In this document: piece by piece, positions 41,492-54,530 of the stretch
Position numbering within the stretch: the stretch's first letter is position 1
How the letters are laid out: each line of letters begins with the position of its first letter
NCBI RefSeq assembly: GCF_009834535.1
Contig: NC_045696.1
Location: 86,492,001 to 86,556,000, forward strand
DNA: 64,000 bases
Origin: Camelus ferus
Lineage: Eukaryota
Reading direction: 5' to 3'
Position numbers and translations under genes: made by a program
The notes under the pieces: generated by a model
The model's input: the letters and a program-made list of their open reading frames with translations, nothing else
The model's database searches: none
What the model was told of the DNA's origin: nothing

Positions 41492-42639
41492 TAGCATTTT
41501 ATAATAATTTAAATTAATTCAAAAAGATTTTACATATGTACCATATGTCAGCTTACACAGTATATTAAATGGCATCCAGATAGATTGTATTTAACACAGC
41601 TTTATGAAATCTTTAAGCAACACAGGTTTTCACATAGCTTGATACAGAAGTTCTCTTTTTCAATAAATTCTATATACAGAAGACATAGCAAATATGTTGC
41701 AATGCTTTCCATTTTGTTATATAACACTTCAGATTAAGAATACTGCAAATTATTTTCTAACTAGGTAAACAGAGCCTCAAGATCACAAAACACTGCTAGC
41801 TGGTCAATTTCCTTAATAAACTGCCAGTTTGAATTTCTAGAACTATCAAATTCCAAGAATATAGAAGCTTAGTTTTACAAAAGGATGCCAAGACCTTAAA
41901 ATTTTGGTACAAAGGAATAGAAAAGTCATAGTCCTTTTCAAACAAAATTAGGAAATTAAGGCATCTTTTATAAATATAAATAAGGAAATCAATTAGGTTT
42001 TTTTAAGGGCAAAATAAAATATTTTGATAAAAGAGGACCACATATGCTTTGTATAAAAATGATAATAGAAACTGTGATCATTGTAGAGAACTCAGTTACC
42101 TAAGAACATGTACATTGAATAGTAGGACTCACGATGATAAATTTGGTTTATGTTTCCTCATTAAGTTTTGTGTATATTCTTTAATTTTTTTTTGTCACAG
42201 CCCTTTAACCCTAAAACTCTGACCTACTACAGCCTCATATACTAGTGCATTTTTCCATTGTCCAATCTATATAATACTTGAATATAATAATTAAAGATTT
42301 TTTAAAAAATCATAATTTAAGTGGGCTTACTTTAAAAAATCCTAGTCATATTTGGCATCTAGAGTAACAATCATGCACATATTGACAGGAATCCATGAAT
42401 CAAATCCTCATCAATAAGATGTAAACTGGAGATATTCAAATTGTTTAGCCTTTTCCTTATCACTTACTTTAGTGTTCTGACAAAAACGAAAATTTGACTT
42501 TGTGTGTGTGTTTAAATATATAGCTTACTTTCTGTTCCTATCAGTGATCACCTGGATGGTTACAATAAAACTCTCTATTTTTGTCTACCTATCCAATTAC
42601 TGCTGTCACTGTAAGATTTGGATACAGTCAGTACAAACT

Positions 42640-45600
42640 GTAGGCATCTGAAATAGGCTGTTCCTGTGCTCCATCTTACAGTATTTGCTCCAACATGTAA
42701 AGAGCTTGGAAGTCGTCACTCCCAAACTTATAATCAAAAAAGTTGAAAAACTTAAATTCAACTCTTCTGCCATCCATCAGAAAATTGAGGTGACAGGGCA
42801 AACTGATGCCCTAAAAACTGGAGAAAGTCAAACAACAGAGAATTATGACATATAGGTAGTAGAAGCCACTGGAGTCAGTGACTGGTAAGAACGCTTAAAC
42901 AGTAATACACTGATTTCCAGAAGCTGAACGTGGATTAACTTGGAAGTTAAAAACTCCTGGTGTACCAGTCATATAGTTGCTTCCATGTTTTCCACAACTT
43001 TACATCCAAGAGCCTATTAGTTTCTCACAGTGATGATTGGAGAAAAGTTTCCTCCTGCTTTTAGTAAGGAGAAGGGAAAAGGAATCATTTTTGACATATG
43101 CCCAGAACATTCTGTTCTCAGTAGCAAAGTCCTACCTTCACAGGAAACTGCTTTACCAGAATCTAACACGTCATTAGATACACCTTGAGTCCTTCTACCC
43201 TCCCTGTCACACATACAGGGAGGAAAAAAATCCTAAGAAACTCTTCTGAAGGTCATAGCTCAGGGACTCTTGACTTTTAAAACACTAAGATTTAAACATA
43301 TGATTATATAATATTTTCCCTCCCCAATATTTTACCACCTTATCAATAGGACTCCAGTGTAACAGTGAATTACAACTGAGAGAGCTGTTAGAAACAGGCT
43401 CTATTTAAGAAGTTTCTAGAGAAACAGGACAGCAACTGGAGACATAAATAAAGACATTAGAGGTAACTGAAGCCTCTGACATCTATAGCTACAGGAAACA
43501 TTAAACACAGCCTAACTTCTACAAGATGAATATAAAACCTCATACTTCAGGCCCATTTATCTCCTTTTCTATTAACCAATACATCATGTTTAGCTTTCAA
43601 CAAAAAAATTGCAAGTTATGCTAAAATTCAAGAAAAGCATATTCTGAAGAGACAAAGCAAGCATTAGAACCACACTAACATATGACAGAGATTTTGAAAT
43701 TATCAGACCTGGAATTTTAAATAACTATAATAATATGTTGTGCTCTCTATTAGAAAAAGTGGATGACATTCAAGAACAGATGTGCAATGTAAGCAGTGTA
43801 AGGGAAATTCTGAGAACAAATTAAAGTGAGATGCTAGAAACCAAACATTTTAAAAGAAATGAAGAATGCCTTTGATTCTCATCAGTAGACTGGACATAGC
43901 TGAGGAAGAATCAGTGTGTTAGAAGATACATCAATAAAAGCTCTGAAAACTGGAAAGCAAAAGTTAAAGTAAGAATGAAAAATAGAGTACAGAATATTCA
44001 AGAAGTGTGAGACAATTACAAAATGTACAAAATACATATAAGAGAGAGAGAATAGAGTAGTAGAAATATTTGTAGTGATAATGGCTGAGAATTTCTCAAA
44101 AGTGTTGACAAACACTAAGCCACAAATCCAGGAGTTCAGAGAACACAAAGCAAGATTAAATAACAAAAATATCTACACTTGGACATAGCAAAATTAAACT
44201 ACATAAAAACCAAAGATGAAATCTTGAAAGAAGCCAGAAGAAAGGGGAGTCTTACCTATAGAGGAGCAAGGATAATGATTACCTTGGAATTCTCTTCAAA
44301 AATCATGAAAGCAAAAAGATAGTGGAGTAGACTATTCAAAGTATTGAAAGAAAAACTTGGCAACTTAAAATTCTCTATCTAGCAAAATTTTCTTTCAAAA
44401 GTGAAGGAGAAAAGAAAACTTTCTCAGAAAAACAAAAAAGTAGGGGAATGTGTTGATAGTAGACATGTCTTGCAAGAAATGTTAAAATGTTATTCACAGA
44501 GGAAGAAAATGTATCAGAAACTCAGGTCTACATAAAGAAAGAAGAGCATTAGAGAAAGAATAAAGGTCAGATTATTTAAAAAAATTGTTTATTCTTAACT
44601 GTTTTAATAGATAATTAAAAAACAATAATAGCAGCAATGTATTAGGTGATTATAGCTTATGGGTTAAGTGAAATGAATGGGATCAGTGAATAAGGAATTG
44701 GAAGATGGACTTGGAAAAACTCAATTACAAGCTACCTATACTACCTGTGGAGTGATATAATGTTATTTGAAAGTGGATTAAGATTAGTTATAGACATTTA
44801 TTGTAAAATTCAGACATTTATTAAAATTGTTTTTAGACAAAGTATAACTGGTGTGTTAAGAGAAAAGAGAAACTAGAATCACATAAAATGCTCAGTTAAA
44901 ACAAGGAAAAATGAGAGAAAAGCAAAAAAAAAAAAAAAAAGGAATTTAAAAAAAAGAACTAGTTCAATGAGTAGAAAACAGATATAAACATGACAGTGAT
45001 CCAACAAATCAATAATCACTTTAAATGTGAATGGTCTAAATTCAGGAATTAAACAGAGTAGACAAAAAAGCAAGATCAAACTATGTTTTCTATAGGATAG
45101 CCATTATAAATATAAAGACTCATATTAAAAGGGATAGAGAAAGATGAACCATTCTAACATTAACCAAAGGAGTTCGAGTCAGCCATATTAATTTCAGACA
45201 AAGCAGGGAGACTTCAGAAAAACAAAAATGATCAGGGATAAAGAGAGATGTTACATAATCATAAAAGGCTCAATTCTCTAAAACATAACAATCCTTAATG
45301 TGTATACATATAACAACAGAGCATTCAAATATGTGAGGCAAAAATTGATAGAACTATGTTAGCCTTAATTGCGTCCCTTCAAAATTCTTATGTTGAAGTC
45401 CTATGCTCCAGTACATTAGAATGTGACTGTATTTAAAGATAAGGTCTTCAAAGATTTAATAATGTTAACATGTGGTTATTAATGTAGGCCTTAATCCAAT
45501 AAGACAGATGTAATTTAAGAAAAGAGGAGATTAGGACACAGATACACACAGAGGGAGATCATGTGAAGACAGAGAAGAAAGCCATCTACAAGCCAAGGAG

Positions 45601-46160
45601 TGAGCTCTGAGAAAAAGCAAGTCTGCTGACACCTTGATTTCAGACTTCTAAGTCTCCAGAATTGTTAGAAAGTAAGTGTCTGCTGTTTAAGCCATCCAGT
45701 CGGTGGTACTTTGTTACAGTAGCCCCTGCAAACTAATGCAATCTACAAGGAGAAATAGTCATACCCACTATTACAGTTGGACACTTCAACACTCCTCTCT
45801 CAGTAATTGACAGATTCAGCAGGCAGATAATCAGTAAGGATATATTTGAACTGAACAGCACCATCTATCAACAGGATCTAATTGACATTTACAGAACATT
45901 TCATTCAACATCAGCAAAATATACACTCTCCTCAAGCTCATATGGAACATTCACCAATACGGACTACATTCTGGGCCTTAAAACACATCCTAATAAAATT
46001 TTAAAAAATGGAAATCATACAAAAATGTTCTCAGACCACAAAGTAATTAAACTAGAAATCAACAGCAGAAAAATAGCTGGAAAATCCCGAGGTATTTGTT
46101 GAATAAGCAACAAGCTTCTGAATAATATGGGTAAAGGAAGTCTAAAGAGAAATTAAGAAG
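42640..46160 (+). mobile_element. Old L1M 5'UTR, ORF1 and ORF2 5' region, decayed
   Basis: ORF1-like ATAATGGCTGAGAATTTCTCAAA and AATCTTGAAAGAAGCCAGA; ORF2 endonuclease-like GTTGGACACTTCAACACTCCTCTCTCAG and TTCTCAGACCACAA. Confidence 0.85.
45357..45740 (+). mobile_element. MaLR solo LTR, MLT1B-like, nested in L1 ORF2
   Basis: TG...CA termini; AGAATGTGACTGTATTT, GCCATCTACAAGCCAAGGAG and TGTTTAAGCCATCCAGTC; 5-bp TSD AACTA/ATCTA. Confidence 0.9.
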
Positions 46161-46403
46161 TCGGCAGTGCTAGGTCCAAATCACCAGTTCTGTCAAGTCC
46201 GGTATAAATAATCTTCTTAAATTAGTGGTTCTTCAGTTTCCATAATTAAAGAATAGAGGTAATATCTTTCTTTCATGGTTATAGAGATAATTAGAGATAA
46301 ATTAATTCAAATTAAAGTTTGAGTTCTTTTTAGATAGCCAACGAATGGCAGCTCTTATTAATGTAGCACATTAAACACTCTGTTACTTAATTTTTTTTAC
46401 AGG

Positions 46404-46640
46404 ACTGAGGAGGGGTCATGGGAAACCCTGATTTTTAGTCAAGTGGGACAAAAGTGTGGGTAACCTGTGGATTCACTGTGGAATCTGTACCAACTCTATG
46501 TAGTGCCGTAATTGAATTGTAGGATACCCAGTTGGTGTCTCGTGTGTTAGAGCATTGGTTGCAGTTGAAAACTCTGGACATTTGATATCAGAAATGTTCT
46601 CAGAGCATAGAAGAAGACAAACACAGTTGTTTTTACTTTT
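46404..46640 (+). mobile_element. MER21-type LTR 3' fragment
   Basis: GAGGAGGGGTCATGGGAAACCCTGA...AATTGAATTGTAGGATACCCAGTTGGTGTC. Confidence 0.75.
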
Positions 46641-47085
46641 AGTAACACAGTGTTTGGCAATAGCAGTCACCCAATAAATGTTGATGGAATGTCTAACGAA
46701 TAAGTTAAAAATACATTTCTCACATCTGAAGTTTCTTAAAAATTTAAAATTTTGAAAAAAAATTGAGTTTCTATGAAGCATCACAAAATGAACACGGAAG
46801 ACAGTCATTATTTAATTTACCAACATGATATGCACTGTGCTATCTTCATCCATCCATTTATTCATGCACTATTTTAGGCACTAGGAGATAAAGCAGCAAA
46901 CAAAATCCTGAAATCCCTGCCCTCATGGAGTTTATATTCTCAGAAACACATCTAGTAAGTCCCTAAATAATATAAGATTAAGTAGTGTCATGAGCTATGG
47001 AAATGTTAATACCTAAAGGAATTCTTGCTTGACCCATAGACTGAGGTCCCTATTTTATGCTTCATGCTCAAACAACACTGCATAT

Positions 47086-49435
47086 ACGAAAAATATCAAG
47101 ACGGCGGAGTAGGACACTGGGTTCATCTCCTCTCATGAACACAACAAAACTACAATTACATACAGAGTAGTAATTACTCTCACTGAAATTGACCTGCAGA
47201 ACAGCTCTTCTACAACCAAGGCTGTAAAGTAAGATCCACATGGAGCCTGTTAGGAAGGGAGAAGCAATTCGGTTGGGACCCACACCTCTGGTAGAGGACA
47301 CAGGGAAGGAGGGGGATACCACAAGCTAGGAGATCCTCCTTGTGGAGCAAAGGTTTTGAGCCACATATCAGGCACCTCAGTGCACCAGGAAGACAAGCTC
47401 CCTTCGTTAGTTAGAAAACGCATGGGGCTTGCCAGAGGGCTACAAGAAACTGAGACTCTGTGTGCACAGATTTGCCTGCACAGTCTGCGAAGAGAGCACG
47501 CACCAATGTGTATACTCCCAGTCACAGTGTGGAGGCAGCAGACTGAAAACTGCCTGGGCTTTGGCTGGCATGACAGGACTGCCCAGTGCACCTCCCATCC
47601 CGAATCAGACTCCTGCTCCAGCCTCTCATATTCTGGTGCTGCTCCTAACTAAGGTGGACTCTGCTGTTGCCAATGAGACTGTGCATACTTGGAGGGGGCA
47701 GAGCTGGCTCAGACCCTGTTCCTGCCTCTGACCAGGGAGGAAGCAGTAATTGTTAGTCAAACATCCCTGCACATATTTCAGAGGGAGCAAGGTTAGCTCC
47801 AGGGCAGAGACCACCATTTCAGGGGCGCATGTTCCTGAGCACACCTGGGAGGGGGAAGGGTCACCTCAGGAATGGGGCATCCACCCCTCTGGCCCTGACT
47901 TAGCCTCCAACCAAGGCTTGCAAACCTGGGGAAAAGTGAAACCTTCATGGAAGTGCAGCTCTAAGCCCTCAGGACTCAGTCATGTTTAAAACCAAGGCAG
48001 AAATTGCCATTATACTTAGGAGAAACCAAAATCTTTCAGGGAAACTACTCCAGCCCCTTGGGCTCTGACCCCACCCCCTATAGGGCGGTGATGGCCAGAG
48101 CACAGAAGAAGCCTGCTTTTGGCTCTAGTCCCTGCAAATCCAGCCCTATCTCTCACTAAGGTGATAGCTGCCAGTATAACCCAGGGGAAGGCACAGCCCA
48201 TGCTCCCTTTAGATCCAGTTCTCCCACCTAAGCCACTGGGCACACAGAGACTACATAGGGTACTCCCACACAAGGACATGCCTTCAAGGCTGGGATCTGT
48301 AAATGCTTCACCTAATTTCATAGAAACAGAGAAAATAAAACAAGATGAGAAAATAGAGGACTATGTTTCAAATGAAAGAACAACCACCACCACAAAAACT
48401 CTGAAAAAACCCTAACAAAACAGGGATAAATAATTTACCTGAAAAAGGGTTCAAAGCAATAGTAATAAGAATACTTACTAAACTGGGGAAAAGAAAATAT
48501 GAACACAGTGAGCATTTTAACTAAAAACTAGAAATATAAAAAAGAACCATTCAAAGCTGTAGGATATAATAACTGAACTGAAAAACTGTACAAGAGAGAA
48601 TTAACAGTGGATTTGGTGATATAGAAAAAGTGTAATTAATCTGGAAGATAGATTAATGGAAATCACTCAATCAGAAGAGCAAAAAAACGTAAAAATATGA
48701 TAACAGTTTAAGGAAAAACATCAAGTGTACTAATATTTGCAATACAGGGGTTCCAAAGGGAAAAGAGAGAAAGAGAAGTGTGAAAAATGTATTTGATAAA
48801 ATTATGGCTAAAATCTTCCAGAATATGAAGAAGGAAACAGACATCTAGGTACAGGAAGCAGAGAGAATCTCAAACAAGATGAACCAAAAGAGAATGACAC
48901 CATGACATATAATAACCGAAACAGCAAAAGTTAAAGAGAATTAGAGGCAGCAGGAGAAACATAGAGTCACATAAAAGGGAACCCCTATGAGGCCATCACC
49001 TGATTTTTCTGCAAAGACTTTGCAGGCCAGAAGGGAGTGGCATGAGGTATTTAAAGTGCTGAAAGGGAAAAAGTGAAGTAAGTCAGACAGAGAAAGACAA
49101 ACACTTTCTTATCACTTACATGTGGAAACTTCAAACTAAAACAAATGCATGAATATAATAAAACAGGAACAGACTAGAATAGATACAGAGAAGAACCTAT
49201 TGAGTAGCAGTGGGGAGAGGGCTGAAGGGAGGGAATATATAGAGGAAAGAGACTAAGAGGTATAAACTACTAGGTTTAAAATAAATAAGATACAAAAAGT
49301 GAAATGTGTAGCATAGGGTTTAAAACCAATATTTTATAATAACTATAAATGAAATATCTGTAAAACTATCGAATCACTATGTTGTACACCTGGAACTACG
49401 TAACACTGTAAATCAACTATACTTCAATTAAAAAT
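47086..49435 (+). mobile_element. L1 with 5'UTR and decayed ORF1 fused almost directly to the 3'UTR (ORF2 essentially absent)
   Basis: Starts CAAGACGGCGGAGTAG; ORF1 relic at ~48345-49070 (TTGCAGGCCAGAAGGGAGTGG); junction at ~49072. Degenerate TSD AACAACACTGCATAT (47071-47085) / AATAATACTGCCTAT (49436-49450); L2 continues on both sides. Confidence 0.88.
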
Positions 49436-49439
49436 AATA

Positions 49440-49665
49440 ATACTGCCTATTTTTTCTCCTTAGCTCTTACCAAAGTTAAATTTCTACTTGCGCAAGTATT
49501 TTAATAATATCTGCCTCACCCATTAGACTTTAGGTTCCCTGAGAGCAGAAATCAAAATGTCACTTAAAAAATATTATTTTATGTTCACTGCTTAGCAGTG
49601 TCTCTTTTATAGAGAAACCAAAGAAATACTCACTCAATAAATGAATGAATGGATGAATAAATGTA
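49440..49665 (+). mobile_element. L2 3' end
   Basis: CATTAGACTTTAGGTTCCCTGAGAGCAGAAA...CTCAATAAATGAATGAATGGATGAATAAAT. Confidence 0.75.
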
Positions 49666-52600
49666 TGCATTGGTGGTTTTATTTCATCTTCAACTCTATG
49701 AGTTTAGAATAATTATTGAAGGACTGCATATAACACAGCTGAGATTAAGGACAATTATACAACTTGTTGAAATCATTTGCATGACAAGACCAACAAGAAA
49801 ACTTGGCTTTTCTTACTATAAATACAATTAATTGTTCCCATACCACACAGACTCACTGTGTTAAAGAAATACCAACATTTACATCAAATTGCACCAAACT
49901 ATGTGTGTTAGAAACATCATGAACTGTGTAAAAAATCCCTGCTCTTACAGGAGTATAGCATACTGTAAGCATCCTCCCTAAAGAGTCCCTATCATAGTCT
50001 TTCCTAAAGTGCAATGTGTTGATAGTCAAAGTATATTAAACCCATCATCGATAGGTTTGGAAATATTCACCTAGAAAAGGCCACTTGAGTCCCCAAAAAC
50101 AATAGTGAAAAACTGTATCAATGTTAAAACAACTTCAAGTTTCAATTTTCATGTAAGATGTATGATAATGAGAGTCTCACAATGTTATGTGTATAATCCT
50201 TAAATAGATGAGACACGGTCTAGGAAAGTTAATTCCTGTTTCCATGGCCTGAATTGAAACTTTTTATTTGCCTGCTATCATTGTAAGATGCCATTCTTTC
50301 CATTTTTCTCTTGGTGTGTTGTTTGGTGTGTTTTTTCCTCTGGTTTTGGCTGTCTCCAGATTATATCTGCCTGCATATGAAGAATGAAAACAACTGTATA
50401 GATATCATACTTCCCTCAATTGAAGACATGACAATTAATTTCAATAATATTAGATTCATTGGTTAGTCCCAAATTTAGCAGACACAATGCTTATCTAAGA
50501 AGTATGGTAAGCATATAATCAATATTCATACAAATATGAAGATAAACTCATTTTGGATTACACGAGGAAGCTGGACATTAGGACAATATTTTTGATAATT
50601 ATGGTCACTAATCTATTTATGGAATATAAATGCATACATTTCCTCTGAAAAATTTGCAAAGGAGAAACTACTTTTTTGTCCGTCTCATTCCAACAGAGTG
50701 TAAACTACAGGAGAGCAAGCATAGTTTTGGTATAATTTATTCCCCCAGCTTTGAGAGCAATGCCAAGCACATAGGAGGTGCTAAACTTTTTGTTAATATG
50801 AAAGAACATTAGATAACTTCCTATAGCTTAGTAACACTAGAAGTAATTTGTATAGACATTGTTTTAGCTAAAACAAACAGATTAATGATAGAATAGATTT
50901 CTTCAGAATTCATAGTCTTATAGAATTAAGAAGTGGAATTTTGTAAAAATCACATTTTAATTTATCAAAATTGAATGAAACAATGTTTGCAAGAGGAAAT
51001 ACAAGTATTTAAACTCACCTGCTATCTAATGAGGTGTCCTGCAAGGAAAACAGCAGGTTGCAGGAACTAATAATAAAGAACAACTTTTATTTTTAATTAG
51101 ATTGAGTTAAAGGCATGAAGTGATAGTAATTTAGAATATGCCCTATTCTTTGCCATGATTAACACATTTTCCTTTCTGTGTTTGCTCAATTTAAAGAGCT
51201 GAAGGCTCTAGCCGTCACTCTTTGACACTGAGCTTGTTTTTACCCACCTGAAGAGTAACCTTTTTGACTGTTTGCACATTATGCATTGAGTGACATCATT
51301 TATATAACTGTGAAAAATCATTAAATATGGCTTGTGTAGGGAAGAAAGAATTCTCATTAATTATGCCTGGTCGTGAATTCACTGTGAAGCTTGAGGTTCA
51401 GGGCCCTGCACTTGCTGGAGCCCCATTCAAGGTAAAAAGGTTCTCCAATATTTTATAAGTTCCAGGCTCTATACATTTTGTACTTGTCCTTTATTGTTCA
51501 TATTAATCACTTCAGACATAAAACTAAATTTATCTACATTTTCTGAGACTTACACTTTTTTCCACATAGAGACAAGTCCCTTGATTCTCACACCATGAAA
51601 ACCCAGTGCCACTAACATTGTTTGATATTTTTGTTTATAACCACCACCTTCTGGTCACATCTGTTTACAACAATTTTGAATTAAAGATAAGTGCTTCACA
51701 ATTTCTTAGGCTAAACACAAAGAAATTTCATTTTCTACAATTTTCAAATTTAAAAAAGCCTGTGATGACATATTTACAATCTCTCTGTTTCTCCTTCACA
51801 TATATATATACATATTGTGTTTTGATGATTTTTGTTTATTCTGTAGATATTAGACCTTTCATCTTTCATAGGTGAATACAATTGATTTTTATGTTTCAAA
51901 ATATCACATAACAATGTTAAAATTTCCAAAATCGGTTGTTGGTAATAAGATTTTTGTCTAAATTAGTTACCTTCTCATTTTTAAAAAATAAATTTTACTA
52001 GAAGAGCACATTATATACTACCTCACCTGCCCCAGCATTTGACACATAATATGAGAATCAGAGTATTTGTAAGTACTACTTCTATACAAGGAAAAAGGTA
52101 ACTAAATTTTAACTTGTATATTTAACATTTTTTGCAGTAATTATCTGATGAAAATGGTGAAAATATTTCAAAGATTACTTTCCATCACATTATAATTAGC
52201 ATGAAGATTCCACTATTTATATAAACATAAGTCAACTGTTCTAGTATAGTAATATAAAAAAGAAAGAGAGAAAGAGTACTCAACAGTTGATTCTCCTACC
52301 ATATTGGGTAACTCCTGCTTATCCTATGACTTTGTATGACAGATCATCACATAATACACACAGAACCATATATATGTGTGTATGTGTGTGTATCTCTACC
52401 TATCTATCTATCTACCTACCTACCTACCATCCAACTATTGAAAGTTGTCTTGCAGTATCTTTATTGCAGATCTTGCTGTGGTGTTTTTGTAAGTGGACCC
52501 CATAGTTTGGAGACTCCTACTATCTTGCATTTGCTCCTTAGGCTTTCAAAGATTCATATACTTCTCAAATTTGAAAACATCTGCACAAGTTTAGGGTTGA

Positions 52601-54209
52601 GGTTTCAATTTTTCACAGGATTTTTTGTCTATCTAATCCTTGACAGAGATGAATTTTCTTTTTCCCCCTGCTATCACTGAAGTGTTTTTTTTTTTTTTTT
52701 TCCTTTCCAAATCACTCTTTTGCTGAGAAAGAGCCCTCTAGAATACCTGCTTGAGAGAGATCTTCCCTTCCACTTCTCTTCTTTACATGAGACATGGTCT
52801 GGTTTCCTAAACTTGCATGAGCGTGACAATCCCAATATCTCTCTGTTAGGATCTATTCTGCTTGAATTTGCTTTCAGATAACTAATGGAATTTAAATGAG
52901 TTAACAGAATATAAGTGCAAATTAAAATTCATTTTTATTTGGCATATAAAACCCATATATATGAAATTTTGTATGTCTGCTGTAAATAGGATAAATGAAA
53001 TATTATTACCTGTCACTTTGTATTATACTTTATAGATTAGAGTGATAATAGCTCAATATATTAAACACATTCTGGTCTTTTAAATCAAGAATATTGTGTT
53101 TTAGATGTAAGAGACATTTGTATGTGTGTCTGATACATAGTTTTTCAATGCAGTATTTGCAAACATGATCAAAGTTTTTAGAGTTTTGAAAATAGGTTGA
53201 CTTTGGTTGTTTTGGATCAAAGATTTAATTTGCATTCAACTGTAAGCTATTTTTCCATCCTTTATACAAACATAGATTAGACTTTCAAATGAAAGTAGAG
53301 AAAAAAAGGGGAAAAAAATGCCTAACATCTCTCTCAGTTAAGGTGAAATGCTAGAGAGAAACAGCCATTTACTACTGGGATGACAAGAAAACACTGTGAT
53401 GAGACATATCACTGTAGCTGGTTGACCCTAACAGTAAGAAGAGCAGCACTGTTAATAGAATGAAAATAAAGTTTAACTATATGTTTCTTAGCTCCAGAAC
53501 TGCTACCTTAATGTAATAATATTTACCTTTAGAATTTACTTCACACTTTCTAATGAAAACAACGATTAATACTCATCCTTAATGTAGTAGTTTGTGGAAT
53601 TAATTTATAAGTTAAATTCATGAAGTTTCCTTAAACAATGGCTTCTCCCAAAAAAGGCTATTAGAAGGCTGAAAATACAGCAGAGAATCACAGAATATTT
53701 GGAGAAGAATTCCAAGTGTGATAAGTAATTTGTCAAATAGAAATCTTCCTTGGCATGATAAGAATGACTAGATCTAGTCTGTCATTCCTCCCTTATTTAT
53801 CTTTTTATTATTTTTATTATTATTACTGTCTTGCCTGATGATCAGTGCTCAGGCTGCCTTGCACTCTAAGTTGCACTGTTAGAATGTACTCCATGCCTGG
53901 TCATGAACCCCTCTAATTATCATCCACCACAATCTGTTCTGTGTCACATTCCTTCAGGCCTTGCTGAACAGCAGGTGGTTTAATCTGGTAAAACTGACCA
54001 AATTACAGAGTTACGCTTAACAAGCATGATATCCAAAAATTTTTAAATGATAAACTTCAGGTTTTATAAACTGGATAATACTAAATTAGTCTGGGATTTA
54101 TAAGAAATGAGTAATAGAATGAAAGTAGTTAAAAAGATGCTGCCAAATTCTGCACATTACATTAGCTTAACAGAAAATACTTCATTTTTCCTTAATGTGT
54201 CAATTCACA

Positions 54210-54530
54210 ATTCTAGTTTAATATGTCAGAACTATTTACCTACAAATAACAGAAAATCTCAACTCAGCTGTCTTGAATAATGATGAATCTTTTTTCATAT
54301 TAAACATGGTCAGATATTGAAGAGGTGGCTAGCACTTTGACACAATCCTATTTCTAAACTGATCACTGGCAAGAGGACTGGGATTGACATAGGTGCTTGT
54401 CCAGCCGTGATTCATTTTCACAGCTGTGTTTGAGATCCACCTCATCTGAAGTCTATGAAAGATACCAGAACACAATTGGGATTCGTTTACTTAGAAGACT
54501 GAGAAAATCCACTGTTGGCAAAGCAAATGT
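54210..54530 (-). mobile_element. Old MaLR LTR fragment (MLT1K/L-like)
   Basis: CAAATAACAGAAAATCTCAACTCAGCTGTCTT...TGATCACTGGCAAGAGGACTGGGATT. Confidence 0.55.

Larger units (their letters stand above)
6627..52881 (-). pseudogene. Putative unidentified multi-micro-exon gene or pseudogene on the minus strand
   Basis: About 15 AG/GT-bounded short segments cluster in non-repeat DNA, some with stops or lost splice dinucleotides. No recognised protein. Confidence 0.35.

Noticed and set aside
47068..48415. Overlapping 70-113 aa ORFs on both strands
   Set aside because: Chance ORFs in the GC-richer L1 5'UTR.
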